NCBI GenBank assembly: GCA_030141605.1
Contig: JAQGDQ010002380.1
Location: 314,950 to 378,949, forward strand
Direction of reading: 5' to 3'
Origin: Tubiluchus corallicola
Lineage: Eukaryota > Animalia > Priapulida
Length of the DNA stretch: 64,000 nt
In this document: piece by piece, positions 28,972 to 40,238 of the stretch
Layout: each line of letters starts with the position of its first letter
How positions within the stretch are numbered: the stretch's first letter is position 1
The notes under the pieces: model-generated
Told to the model about the DNA's origin: nothing
The model's database searches: none
Seen by the model: the letters and a program-made list of their open reading frames with translations, nothing else
Position numbers and translations under genes: made by a program

Positions 28972-29326
28972 TGTTGTGGAGATCGCTGACGTCAAGTAGA
29001 ATTGCACAGAACGTCGTAGAATGTTCTGTCGGGATGACCGCTTTAGCGTCTGGATTGTTCTCGAACATTTGTTCCAGAAGTTTCTGCAGTGCGCTATATA
29101 AGGCGAAGCAGGCTGCCGACAGGGGATCGCACGCAGATCTAACACGGACTTATACTTACGCATTTATACTTACTTAAACGTTTTCCAGATTTTCACGTTT
29201 ATTGTAATCATTTCAACGTTCCTTCATCTTTTGTATAGTAGAATTCTCGCTAAATAAAGCAGTTTTATTTGACGGCGTGTTTTCTGGTTTTCTCTACGAG
29301 CCTTTCGAGAGAAACTAAACACAACA
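28972..29326 (+). mobile_element. Solo LTR (355 bp) with 5-bp TSD
   Basis: CTAAC-TGTTGTG...CACAACA-CTAAC; TATATAA at 29095; AATAAA at ~29253; empty site (single CTAAC) at 45120 and 59507 in the paralogous units. Confidence 0.93.
28987..29101 (+). promoter_or_regulatory. Heat-shock-element array, CRE and TATA box within the LTR
   Basis: TGACGTCA at 28987; GAA at 28999/29009/29019 plus TTC at 29024; gTTCtcGAAcaTTTg at 29057; perfect gTTCcaGAAgtTTCt at 29071-29085; TATATAA at 29095. Confidence 0.7.
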
Positions 29327-29421
29327 CTAACTTGTATATTAAGTAATACGATACAGACAACATACTAGATTAAAAATTTCTAGCTTCATATTTGCATTTT
29401 GTTTCTACTCAACAGACCAAG

Positions 29422-32400
29422 ATGACAAGTTTAAATAAGGGATGCACGTTGCCTTTATATGTGGTGGATGCTTTCACAAGCCAGGCATTTGCTGGAAATG
29501 CTACTGTTGTATGTCTAGTGTCACACAATCAGGTAAATTAATGATCTGTCATTAACAAACTTTTCGTCTTAATCTGTTGTCAGCTATTTTTATTGCACTG
29601 TTCTTCACTGCAAATAACTTGTGATCCTATAGCACAAAATCAAAGTCAATGTATGTGGCTTAATCGCACTCTTATTTATGTAAAGATACGAGTTTTTAAC
29701 TACTAACTGATAATGTTTCTTGTTATTTATTTATGCGATTAACTCAATTAATCTACTGTGTTACAATAAATAAATCATTATATTATAATATTTAAATCAC
29801 AGGCTTGCATAATAAAAATCACTGGTTTCCTTTTAGAAATATTGAAACAAATTTAACAAGTTAGATGAAAATAAAAGTGTCCATTTGGTCACAGCTGAAA
29901 TCAATTTGTAATCAATTAAACTTATAACATCAGTCATAATAATGTCAGGATAATGGTGACTGTGCCTTTCAGTTATGTTTGTATTTGGATCTATTATAAC
30001 AGTAGGTGTTTTTCATAAAGCGTTAGTATAATTTTAAGTGAGAATTACAATGAGTATCAATGCAGAAAATGCATTTTGTTGTTGTTGTTGTTTCCGTCTC
30101 TACTGAGGCTTTGTAGTTTCTTTTTGCAATTAGAATAGATATTCTGTGTATTATTTGAACTGTACAAAACAGCAGATATGTTATATGTTCAAAATGTATC
30201 CCAAACTGCCCAAAAGCTGTGTTGTTTTTATTAGTTGAATTGTGGTGTAATCTGCATTTCTTGGGTTATATTATTAAATGGCTGTAGACATTGTGATGTA
30301 TATAGTCCTTCGGTTATTCTATTTTAGGTAATCGACGATGCAAAAATGCAAAAAATTGCTTTCGAAATGAACTTGCCGATAACCGGTTTCATTGCACTGC
30401 CAACAGAAAACGATTCGTTCAAGAATTCTTCCCGTTTTGGTCTACGATGGTTTACCCCTGCCTGCGAATTCCAACTGTGCGGTCATTCCACTCTTGCTGC
30501 TGCCACGGTGCTTTTCTCTTGTGTTGGTAAATTTGCTAAGCAGGACAGAAATGTAAATCTAGAAGCTGAAGCTGAGTCAGTTGCTACTAAATCAGCTGAG
30601 TCACACAGTAAATCAGCTAGCTCGGCTGAAACTGAGTCAGTTGCTACTAAATCAGCTGACACTCACAGTAAATCAGCTAACTCGGCTGAAACTGAGTCAG
30701 TTGCTACTAAATCATCTGACACTCACATAGTAAATCAGCTAGCTCGGCTGAAGTAATTTTAATGTTGTAATTGTAATTTTAAACAAACAAGCATACAAAA
30801 ACATACGTAAACTTGATAAAATCCTAAACAAAAAAATCTTTGCTTACGAATAGCCTAAATTGCTGCAGTTCAAGAATATGCCGGTACATGGTTTTTAAGA
30901 ACGTGACAACTGACAACTGTGTGAGTGACAGTACTTTCTCTACCTTACTGCAGATGCTAGCAGTGCAGCACCATCATGTGCTCTGGTTCCGTACAAGTAT
31001 AAAGAAAGAACTAAAGAAAAAAGACTTATTGTATTGAATATTATCGATAATATTGAGTGAAAATAGGGGGCGCTGCAGTTCTGATACTTATACACAACCG
31101 CCACTGTGCTGCATAAACACTAGGCCAAGTTGACCAAAACCTAAATTTTCCTAAGTGAACTTGGTTCAGGAATTGACACTTATGATTACTCCTTCAGTGG
31201 CTTACTTACTGGAGTTCACCATTACGAATGACAGATTGTGATTCTTATGTCCTGCAGCAACAATTTAGTGTTAGTTTGAATAGTTCTATTTGTGAACTGG
31301 TTTAAGTGATTCGACAGCACGCCCCTTTATATGCCATATATCTCTCATAATTTATGTACTCGCGATGTTAAAAAAATCTCCTGGCTTATAATCTGGCAAC
31401 TCTAGCAATGGATTTATTGAAAATATAATTTAAATCCAACCCTTGGCAAGGCTTATCTGGATTACCAACAAATCAATACTAAACACCAAAATGATCCCAT
31501 ACCTGTGGCTAATGTTGCCTATTTGTGCATTTTATTTAATTTTGAATTGACTGCTTTCTCATTCAAAAATTTCTGAAGTTTAGTATCTCTGCCAGCACAC
31601 GTACAATATGACCGCATTGCAACCAGTGATTTCATCATCATCATAAGCCTGTTACATTATTTCTAGACATTGGGCAGGCAAAATTCTAAAATAATAGAAA
31701 TCTGTCCTCAAAACAGGTAAACACAGCAGTAATCTAACAAAAACTGGACACTGCTATGCCAGTGACTTTTTCGCAAGAGCAAAAATCATCACAGCCGGCA
31801 AAAATGTCAGCTACCTCGACTTCCGTCACCGAGCGGCTGGCACGACTAAAGCTGGGTTTCTTATCGGCTAGGTCGACTGTAGAAATAAACCGGCTGGAGC
31901 TGAGCTGAAGCGGTACGGCTCTGGCTTCTATGGCGATCCCATAAGTATTTTTCACGTTGTCTTGAAAATCAGGGAGTTTTTATTTGCCAACCTAATACCA
32001 AACGAATTCACTGTGAATTTATTTGTGTGCTAATGTGTTTACTTCAAATAAGCTTCCATGCAGTTTTGCTTTTTTTTCTTCTATTGCTTGGAGATTGTGT
32101 GCCTTTTTTTGCATTTTAGGACTTAAAGCATTCCGCTGTTTTCAGTTCTCATCATATTTGGCATTTTCTTAGGAGACTGTCAGCTTTCCCTTCTTTTTAT
32201 CTGCACTTTAAAAAATTGGAAAAGAAAAATAGTGCCTGTTAACCATATTCTAAACCATATTCTATTCAAATAATGAAATTACAATTAGGCATTGCAATAT
32301 TTGATTGTATTGCTAATCCACTAATGCTACGATTAGGCTCTAAATATTTGTGAAATTGATAATCATTATGATAGGCAGGTCTGAAATTAAAAGGCAGCTA

Positions 32401-35400
32401 GTGAATATATCTACAGCTATGTAAATTATTACAGGTAACGAATTTACAGAGATTACATTTGATACGCTGAGTGGACCACTTGTTGCCAGAAAAAAAGAGG
32501 ACAATATGATTCTGCTTGATTTTCCTGCTAATCCAACTATTAGTGTTAACAAGGAAAATGTGAAAGAGCTTTTAAAGGTACCTACTCTTTTGAATGAGCT
32601 GTAAAACAAGTTTGCTTGGGTTTTTGTTGTAAGTAATTTTATCATTGAAGCTTTTAGCAGGTAGGTGGTTGACAGTTTGGAAGACATTCTGACACCTTGG
32701 TATATTTATGTATTTTAGGAAATTTCCAGGCTTACTCGTTTTAACTGTGTGTGCTGGCCATGTTTTTCAAATGTATCATATGGGCTGTTTTTTTGGTCAA
32801 TAGCTAAATTGCAGCTTTGCACAGACTTTTTTGAAGGCATATTACTTAGTATTATCTTACTTGTATTACTTAGTATTACGCTTTCTTGCCTGCAATACTC
32901 ATGTAAATAGAAAAGACACATTTTCTAGCTTTATGTAAGTAAAGGGCTTTCTTGCCTGCAATACTCATGTAAATAGAAAAGACACATTTTCTAGCTTTAT
33001 GTAAGTAAAGGGCTTTCTTGCCTGCAATACTCATGTAAATAGAAAAGACACATTTTCTAGCTTTATGTAAGTAAAGGGCTTTCTTGCCTGCAATACTCTT
33101 GTAAATAGAAAAGACACATTTTCTAGCTTTATGTAAGTAAAGGGCTTTCTTGCCTGCAATACTCATGTAAATAGAAAAGACACATTTTCTAGCTTTATGT
33201 AAGTAAAGGGCTTTCTTGCCTTTTATGACAATTTTTTGGTGTTTTAATTAACCCTATTCAGTTTTTGAATTTACCTGAAGAGGGGGACAGCATGAGAGGA
33301 GCATGGAAATTATTCAAAGGTGGGACGGGGTGGGGTGGTTACAGTAATGGTGGCAGTGAAGCGCTTGCTGTTACTTTATTGTTTCTTTTTACTGGCTGTT
33401 ACACACCCGTGCATGCATGCACACGCACGCACACACCCACACACACACACTGTTACATAATATAGTAAAGTATATCATATCACTCTTTTCGGTGATTCTA
33501 GATTGCATAGCACTCCTACAATAGGACTAGTTGAAGTTTAGCAAACAACTATCACAATTACTAACCTGACATTCTGTGCATTAAATTTAGAAATCCACAG
33601 ATTAAAGATACGAGACAATGCCGCTATGATAAAACTAAGGGTGCATTCAGACTAGCGAGTTTTCTGTTGGGAGTTTTTCTCTAACACCAAACTTGCAAGT
33701 GTGAACTGCTTTGCGAGTTACTATCGACAAGTCATTGCACACTTTCAGACAGTTGCTACGAAATGATTTCCTGTTTAGTGTGAACAGTCTCAGCGAGTTA
33801 CTCTTGACACTGCTCCCAGTGAATAGAGGAGGAGTATCAGCTGGTGTTTACTTCATGCTGGAGAATTTTGTTCTTTAGTCTGAACGTGCTTGCGAGTTAC
33901 TTGGCGAGAAAATTTGCTAGTATGAATGCTTCATTACTCTCAAAAGCAGTGCGACAAAATATCAACATTCTTGCAACAGTCAAGTCATCTAAATTCTTCT
34001 TTGTAAAAAGTATTTTGGTCCAAACTTTAATACACTGTAGAATCTTACGTGAATGTTTTTTATAATACAGGTACTTGTTGGAGATTTACCTATTGTTGAT
34101 GTGGAGTATGCTCCTGTTATACAACAAATGATTGTGTGTCTTCAAGATTCTGTGTCCAGGTGTGCATGTTGATAATTTTTTATTTGGTTTGTCGTGTGTC
34201 ATTCGTTTTGCACTTTTCATTTGCTTTCATGTTATTATACATACTATAAAATTGCTGCAAATTGCACAAATCTGCAATTAATCTCTATTTCTATGAAGTG
34301 TGTTTGTGTATGTTTGTTTATTTGTTTGCTATAAAGTCCTGTTTTATTTATTTAACTTAAAATTTGGTCTATTAAGTTGCTAATACATCACACTCCCCAT
34401 TGAATTATGGGATATGTACAGTTATGTGCAGAAATCAATTAACAAAAGCTGAAGTCAGTCTACTTTTTAACTTTTGGCAGGAGTTCTACTTACATGAAAA
34501 AGAATTTAAAATACACTATGTTTCAGTCCATTGTTGGGTTCATTCTCTCATTGTCTCATTTTTCATTCATTAGTCATTGATGTTATTATTGTTGTAAGTA
34601 TAAGGCTTCATGTGTGTGTGTGTGTTTTACCTTCAGGCAAGGACTACTATACAACAGGACGTGCACAGTCAGATCTCTGATTCCGCCAGCGGAGGCGATC
34701 AATACTTGTAATGAACGTAATCTAGAAATAGTGCGCTTTAGAGAGTAGTGATCTTGGAAATTAAAGAATGGACGGATCGGTAGATAGCGAGTATTATTTT
34801 TCATTTAATTGGTTCTTTACATTACGGGAGAAAAGTTCCAATTGTTTATTTTATGTATCAAAGGAAATTAGTGTTCATTTTTACTTCTTAAATAGCGCAC
34901 TACTTTAGGCGTAAGTGTGTTTTACCGGAAGTAGTGCTTTGTCATTGTTAATGTGTCATTGTTCAAAGTCAAGTGAAGCGTTGTTTTCGTGCTTGTGTTT
35001 GTTTCTTTTGGGATTATTTTCAAAATTTCTCGTGGATTTTATACATCTGTGCTCAGCAGCATGCCTAACAAGGTAACTATGACACGGAGAACAAGTGTCG
35101 TGTGTTCAGACTGCCAAGAGATCATGTAGAAAAACAGAAATGGCTAAGTGTTCTTCCCCCACGCGAAGGCTTTGTTGTTGATCCATCGAAATTTTTCATT
35201 TGCGAAAAGCATTGGCCATCGGATACTCAAATAGTCAAAATTCCAGGTGGTCACACCAGCCAGTGGATCCACCCAGTATTTTCAACGTTCCAACATCATG
35301 CTTGCCCACTCCAAAGCCACCACCTCGCCCTCCAAAAACTGAGGACCAGCAGCTGAATTATTTCTTTAAAAAGGATAAAATAACTTATCTCAATGAATTC

Positions 35401-38400
35401 ACTCCTGAGAAAGACCTGCATAAGACGTATCAGAACCTCATTATATCTCGCGCACAAGACAAATTTGTGTGCATGTTCATGGAAGAGGACCACAGTCAAT
35501 GTTATATGTCAATTATTGTTCACAATAAGCCTACCTTGTGTTCCCCTCTTACTCTGTATGCTTTCAAAAACGGGATCAGTGTGCCATTAATTAAAATCCT
35601 CAGTCCGAACAATGGACTGTCCTCTTACTCACAATTTTTCGCGGTTGTGAATTCTGTTGTCAACCACATTCATCATGTTGATGATATTGTCAACAAAGTG
35701 ACAAAGTCTCTTGAACTTGAACTAGCTCAAAATCGAGAACAATCTCCTAGTGTTAATGCTAAAGCCAAGAAGCTCAAATTTCTAACACGACAGCTTCGAC
35801 TATTATGTGATAAGACTTTCACAGTGTCTGATTATTGCTTTGCAATAGAGTCATTTCCCCATTGCAATTACGAACAACTGCGTGACTTTTTAGTGTTACC
35901 CAGCAAAAGAAAGCTGCAGTCAGTTATTTCATCGACAGATATTGACAAGGTGCTAGGTAAAACATTTCAGAAAGTAAAAAGCTCTGAGCAGAAACACTGT
36001 ATGCTATTGGTGGATGAAGTGAAAATATGCCCAACAGTGGCTTAAGGTCCCATGTTGCTTAATTTTGCAGCTAAGGACACTGTGAGCAACAAGCTAATCC
36101 TGTCATTCGTGATAAAACAATAAAGAGACATTTATTTTCAGGGAGATCTTGGAAGCAAGGGCACCGGATATTTTTGCTCTTCCTGCAGCTAACACATCCC
36201 TGATGAAACTGTACGGTGTCCACTTGACGGTTAAAGCTCCAGCCAACTCCGGCTATGACTTTTATTCCCGCAGTTTTTTTCCCTGGATTGGAACGTCTGA
36301 AGATCCAGTTTGTGGTAAACAATTTGCATTGTTTATGTAAGAATGAATGAATATACTATTGATATATATGAATTAATTATAATTATCTTTGCTTTAAAGT
36401 AAAGCTAAACAAAAGAAATTATGTTTATTATTCTTGATGTGCACCATTTTGCTGCGTCTGTGTTTGCCAGTAAGTGGCGTACTCTACTGGCGTTGTTTTG
36501 TAACTTTTCTTTCTCTTTTGAAATGCAGCACAACTAGGGTTGTGGTTTATACAGTAAAATAATTAATATTGGAACATACGATAATTTGAGGCTTCATGCC
36601 ATACAAAAGAGGTAGCTATACGAAGATTGTTAATTAGTTAGTTAGCTATATAAGCTAGTCAGTTAGTCAATCAGTTAGTTTTGGCAAGTTTTCAGTATGG
36701 CATGTTGGGTTGGACAGCTGGGTGTTCTTGGCACTCTTGGCGGCTTTACATTCTTGGAGGCTTGGCGATGGGGTGGAAGACAGAGGCAAGATTTGGAGTG
36801 GAAAACAGGTAGAGTGTCGGCAGTGGGACTGATGTAGGAAGATAGTAGGGTGTGAAGAGAACCACCTAAACTGCAAGAGTGCCCAAATCAATACCAAAAC
36901 ACTAAAATGATCCCATGCGTGTGTCTAACATTGCCTATTTTTGTGTTTAATTTTGAATTGACTGCTTTCTCATTAAAAAATTTTTCAAAGATAGTATCTC
37001 TGCCAGCACACGCACACAGTATGACCACGAATCCGTAGTGCATTCGCCAAATTTCACCCAGTGATTTCGTCATCATCACAAGCCTGTTATGTCAATTGTA
37101 GACATTGGGTAGGCAGAACTCTAAAATAAAAGAAATCTGCCCTCAAGACAGGTAAACACAGCAGTAACCTAGCAAAAAACTAGACACTGCTTTGGCAGTG
37201 GCTTGTTCGCAAGAGCTAAAATCTTCGCAGCCGGCAAAAATGTCGGCTGGCTCCACTCATCTCTGAGTGGCTGGTGCGACTAAAGCTGGGTTTCTTATCG
37301 GCTAGGTCGACTGTAGAAGTGAATTGCCTGGAGTTCAGCTGAAACGACATGGCTCATGCCTCTAGTTTTAAGATGAAGATTAGTTTTAGTTTTGTTCTGT
37401 GTTAGTCTTGCATTTTCTGTCTTAAGTCTGACTGAAAATCACTATGTCACTGAAGGAGTTGCCAGTTTTATGGTTTTTCTGTTGAGGTGGTTTCTAACTT
37501 TGCAGTTTTTATGAGAATAATGAAATTTTGGCCACAAAATATTCTATCCAGTACAGAAGGACTTATGTGGTAATAGTTCCAGTGAATAAAGTATACATTG
37601 TAGGCCTGATTTTCAAAAACATGAAATGTTTTTTTTTCAAAAACATGAAAAGCCTATCTTAATTCATTATATTTGCATGTTTAAAGTTTGCAATGTTTGA
37701 TGCCAGTAATCTCCAACTAATTTCTGACTATGTTAGGGTCGGCTCACACTATATTTGGTTGTTACTGGCAAAAAGTGCTGGGAAAATCAACTTTTCAAGG
37801 TAGGATAATTTGCTGTTTTATGACGTTTGTTATAATTTAACTTATGATGCTTATTCGTTTATGATCTGATTTTGTATGTTTTTCAGTATGTCAGTAGATC
37901 TCAATTTAAATTCTGTGCAAGATTATTACCATGCTGACAAAGAGCGACATAGGTTTGATTTACTTAATGTCGTACAGCACACTGTAATTTAATGTGTGTA
38001 AAGTCCTCGAAAGGTTAAAAAATGAAAATTTCCAGCCATTGTAAATAACTGCGTCTTAGTTTACATAATTTTTCACAAAAAATTACAGAATGCTATAAAA
38101 TATAATTGTTATTTTGAACAATATATATTTTTAGTGGCCAGTCACAAAGTATAATTACTGCCCTGCAATACCATATCACATAGACTTGTGCAGCATATGT
38201 TACCGGAACAGTATCTTGCTTAACCCTTTTACCGCCTCCATGATGTACTATTATGTCTATTTTTTGTATTGGCTTATGCCTATTTGATGTACATATTTAT
38301 CATTAGTATCTAGCGCTCCATTTAAACTCTGGCGAAGTGTATTATCGCTTAGTTTAGTACGTTTAGACAGCTAGCAGGGCCCAGCACAGCTCCAGGAATA

Positions 38401-39391
38401 TGTGTAAACTGAGTTTGACCTTATTTCCTTGGCTACATAGCACATCTGCTACGTACATATATGTCTTCGACTGTGAATTCTGCATCATTTGAAATTTGCT
38501 GTTTTTGCACATTTTTATTATTATTAATAATAATCTTTTGTTCGTATAAAATTTTTTATACAGCAATGTAGTTTTAGTATAAATAATTAATACAATGAAA
38601 AATAATTTTTGTTAGTAATTAAAAAACAAGAGATTTAGAGATTTTAAGACAATTTTCAGCAAAAAGCTTAAAGATTTGATAGTTTTGGAGGTTTTAATGC
38701 ATATGCACACTCTCCCACTTATTTTAGAGATGATGGACCTATATATATATATATATATATATATATGTTCTAAACATTCTTGATAGATATATAAAAATGA
38801 TCTGTAAAGGGATTATTATTCTTGTACACAATTCTACGTGATTTTAAGGCTTTTGGTTTTTGCATGTATTTTACTTTTGATAAATGTATACCAAAACAAA
38901 TATATTTTTAATTGTGACTTGCACAAGTTGATTTTCGGGCTGAATTTAGGGGCTGAAGCTGTTTTACTTGCATGACACTATAATTTTGCTTTGGAGGTTC
39001 ATTTATTGATCTAAATTCAGTTTCATGTGCAGTTTCATATCACCATATTGCCTCATTTGCAAATAAATATAAAACTTAAACAAGTAAGTAAATATATAGG
39101 CCTAACAAATTTTCGTGAATGAATGTAATGATTGATTGATTGAATGAATGAATGAATAGGTGGGTGCATGATTGATTTTTATTTGGCTTGTTGAAATCAT
39201 ATCTTTTTTTCTTATGAACAATATCAAAATAAAGTTGCAAAGTTGTTATTTTGTCATGTGCTTTGTGCGTTTTTGTAGCTCGTCAGTGCTCAAAAAGAGG
39301 AGGAGATGTCTACGTGAATGTACGAGAAGACAAGAGAGTCGAGATTGGAGGCAAGTCTGTAGTCGTTATAGAAGGAAAGATCTATTTATAG
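29422..39391 (+). CDS. PBLD: Phenazine biosynthesis-like domain protein (PhzF / DAP-epimerase fold), copy 1, 296 aa
   Basis: Exons 29422-29532, 30328-30526, 32435-32577, 34071-34159, 36142-36314, 37737-37799 and 39279-39391 total 891 nt, in frame, all GT-AG. Motifs: VDAFT..F.GN, LRWFTP, LCGH, TLSG, LDFP, DFYSR.F.PW.G..EDPVCGSAH, QCSKRGG. Confidence 0.92.
30564..30751. repeat. 60-bp tandem repeat (~3 copies) in PBLD copy 1 intron
   Basis: gctgaaactgagtcagttgctactaaatcagctgacactcacagtaaatcagctaactcg repeated; single unit in copies 2 and 3. Confidence 0.9.
31470..31930. repeat. Unclassified ~460-bp dispersed repeat, also at ~36885-37362, ~46690-47155, ~51838-52318 and ~61077-61542
   Basis: Shared strings aaatgatccca, gtatctctgccagcacacg, acaggtaaacacagcagtaa and taaagctgggtttcttatcggctaggtcgactgtagaa occur in two different PBLD introns. 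Confidence 0.8.
32880..33221. repeat. 66-bp minisatellite, 5 copies, specific to PBLD copy 1
   Basis: gctttcttgcctgcaatactcatgtaaatagaaaagacacattttctagctttatgtaagtaaagg x5; one unit at ~48106 and ~62493. Confidence 0.95.
33639..33933. mobile_element. PIF/Harbinger-like MITE (copies at 48610-48904 and 62999-63293)
   Basis: TAA-GGGTGCATTCAGACTAGCGAGTTTTCT ... AGAAAATTTGCTAGTATGAATGCTTCA-TTA inverted ends; internal GCGAGTTACT repeats. Confidence 0.65.
34638..36045 (+). mobile_element. Truncated P-element-superfamily transposon with THAP-domain transposase pseudogene
   Basis: Absent from copy 2; starts CAAGGACTACTATAC. Translations: VFRLP...QKWL...FICEKHW (THAP part), YEQLRDFLVLPSKRKL and LLVDEVKI (P-transposase-like first catalytic Asp region). 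Frameshift near 35260, then abrupt truncation. Confidence 0.8.
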
Positions 39392-39607
39392 TCTAAATCA
39401 TGGAATCGTACTTTATCTGATTGCTTTATCACAGTGTTGCCATTCTGGTTGATAAAGATTATTGTTTTGGAAGCTAAAAATTATAGTATTTTCCACCATA
39501 TTATCGCATCTTCATGCAAAATTCAAAATTTCTGTGTATTTGCAGCAAATTGTTATTATTATTGTATAATTATGCATTTAATAAGTAACCATAACACCAA
39601 AAAGTAC

Positions 39608-40238
39608 TGTAGAAAACTGGCTATTTGTTTTACAGATTTTATTTTCCACTCATTGTAAAAAAGGTGAAACTGCAAGAGAAACAAGAAAAAAGAACATGAA
39701 ACAAAAGTAAATCCATAACAGACATGCAAAAAATAAATAAAGGAACAAGCATTAGCAAATTAACAAGCATACTGAAGCAGAATTTACTAATAAATAAACT
39801 TCCTGACATATCACAAATCAGCATGCACGCCTACACAAAAACACGCATATGCATATGCAGTTGCAAAAAAAAAACAATAATTAGGCATCACCGTAACACT
39901 ATTAGAAACTACCAAGCTGACAAATAAATTACTGCAAAGTTCTGCATAAAAATGAAGAAACATAAGAACTTACAAACGTTTGAGGATCTGTAGAAAAAAC
40001 TTTAAGCCAGTCTTCAGAAATTAACAGAGACATACTGATTCTACAACGGTGGCATACTGACTTCACAACTACTATACCACTAAAAACACAATTTTTTCCT
40101 ATTCTAAGGCTATCTAACCACTCATACAAGAGCGGCCAAGCATGTCAAACAAACTCTACAGGTAATGCAAAATGAATAATGACACTCTAGAATCAAAACA
40201 CCTGGCTTCACTGTACCCAAGCTGGCCTGAGAGATAAC
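39608..40238 (-). mobile_element. ~630-bp insertion downstream of the PBLD copy 1 stop, probably a LINE 3' end
   Basis: Flanked by AAGTAC direct repeats (39602, 40239); empty site aaaaagtaccattagc at ~54475 in copy 2; minus-strand AATAAA near the left end. Confidence 0.6.

Noticed and set aside
30527-30756. Ser/Ala-rich C-terminal extension of PBLD exon 2 shown in the ORF track
   Set aside because: Read-through past the GT donor at 30527 into a 60-bp tandem repeat
32340-32687. Conserved 115-aa minus-strand ORF repeated three times
   Set aside because: Antisense shadow of PBLD exon 3; its recurrence reflects the segmental duplication
32876-33166. 22-aa repeat protein or CRISPR-like array
   Set aside because: Head-to-tail 66-bp units with no unique spacers, in a eukaryotic intron
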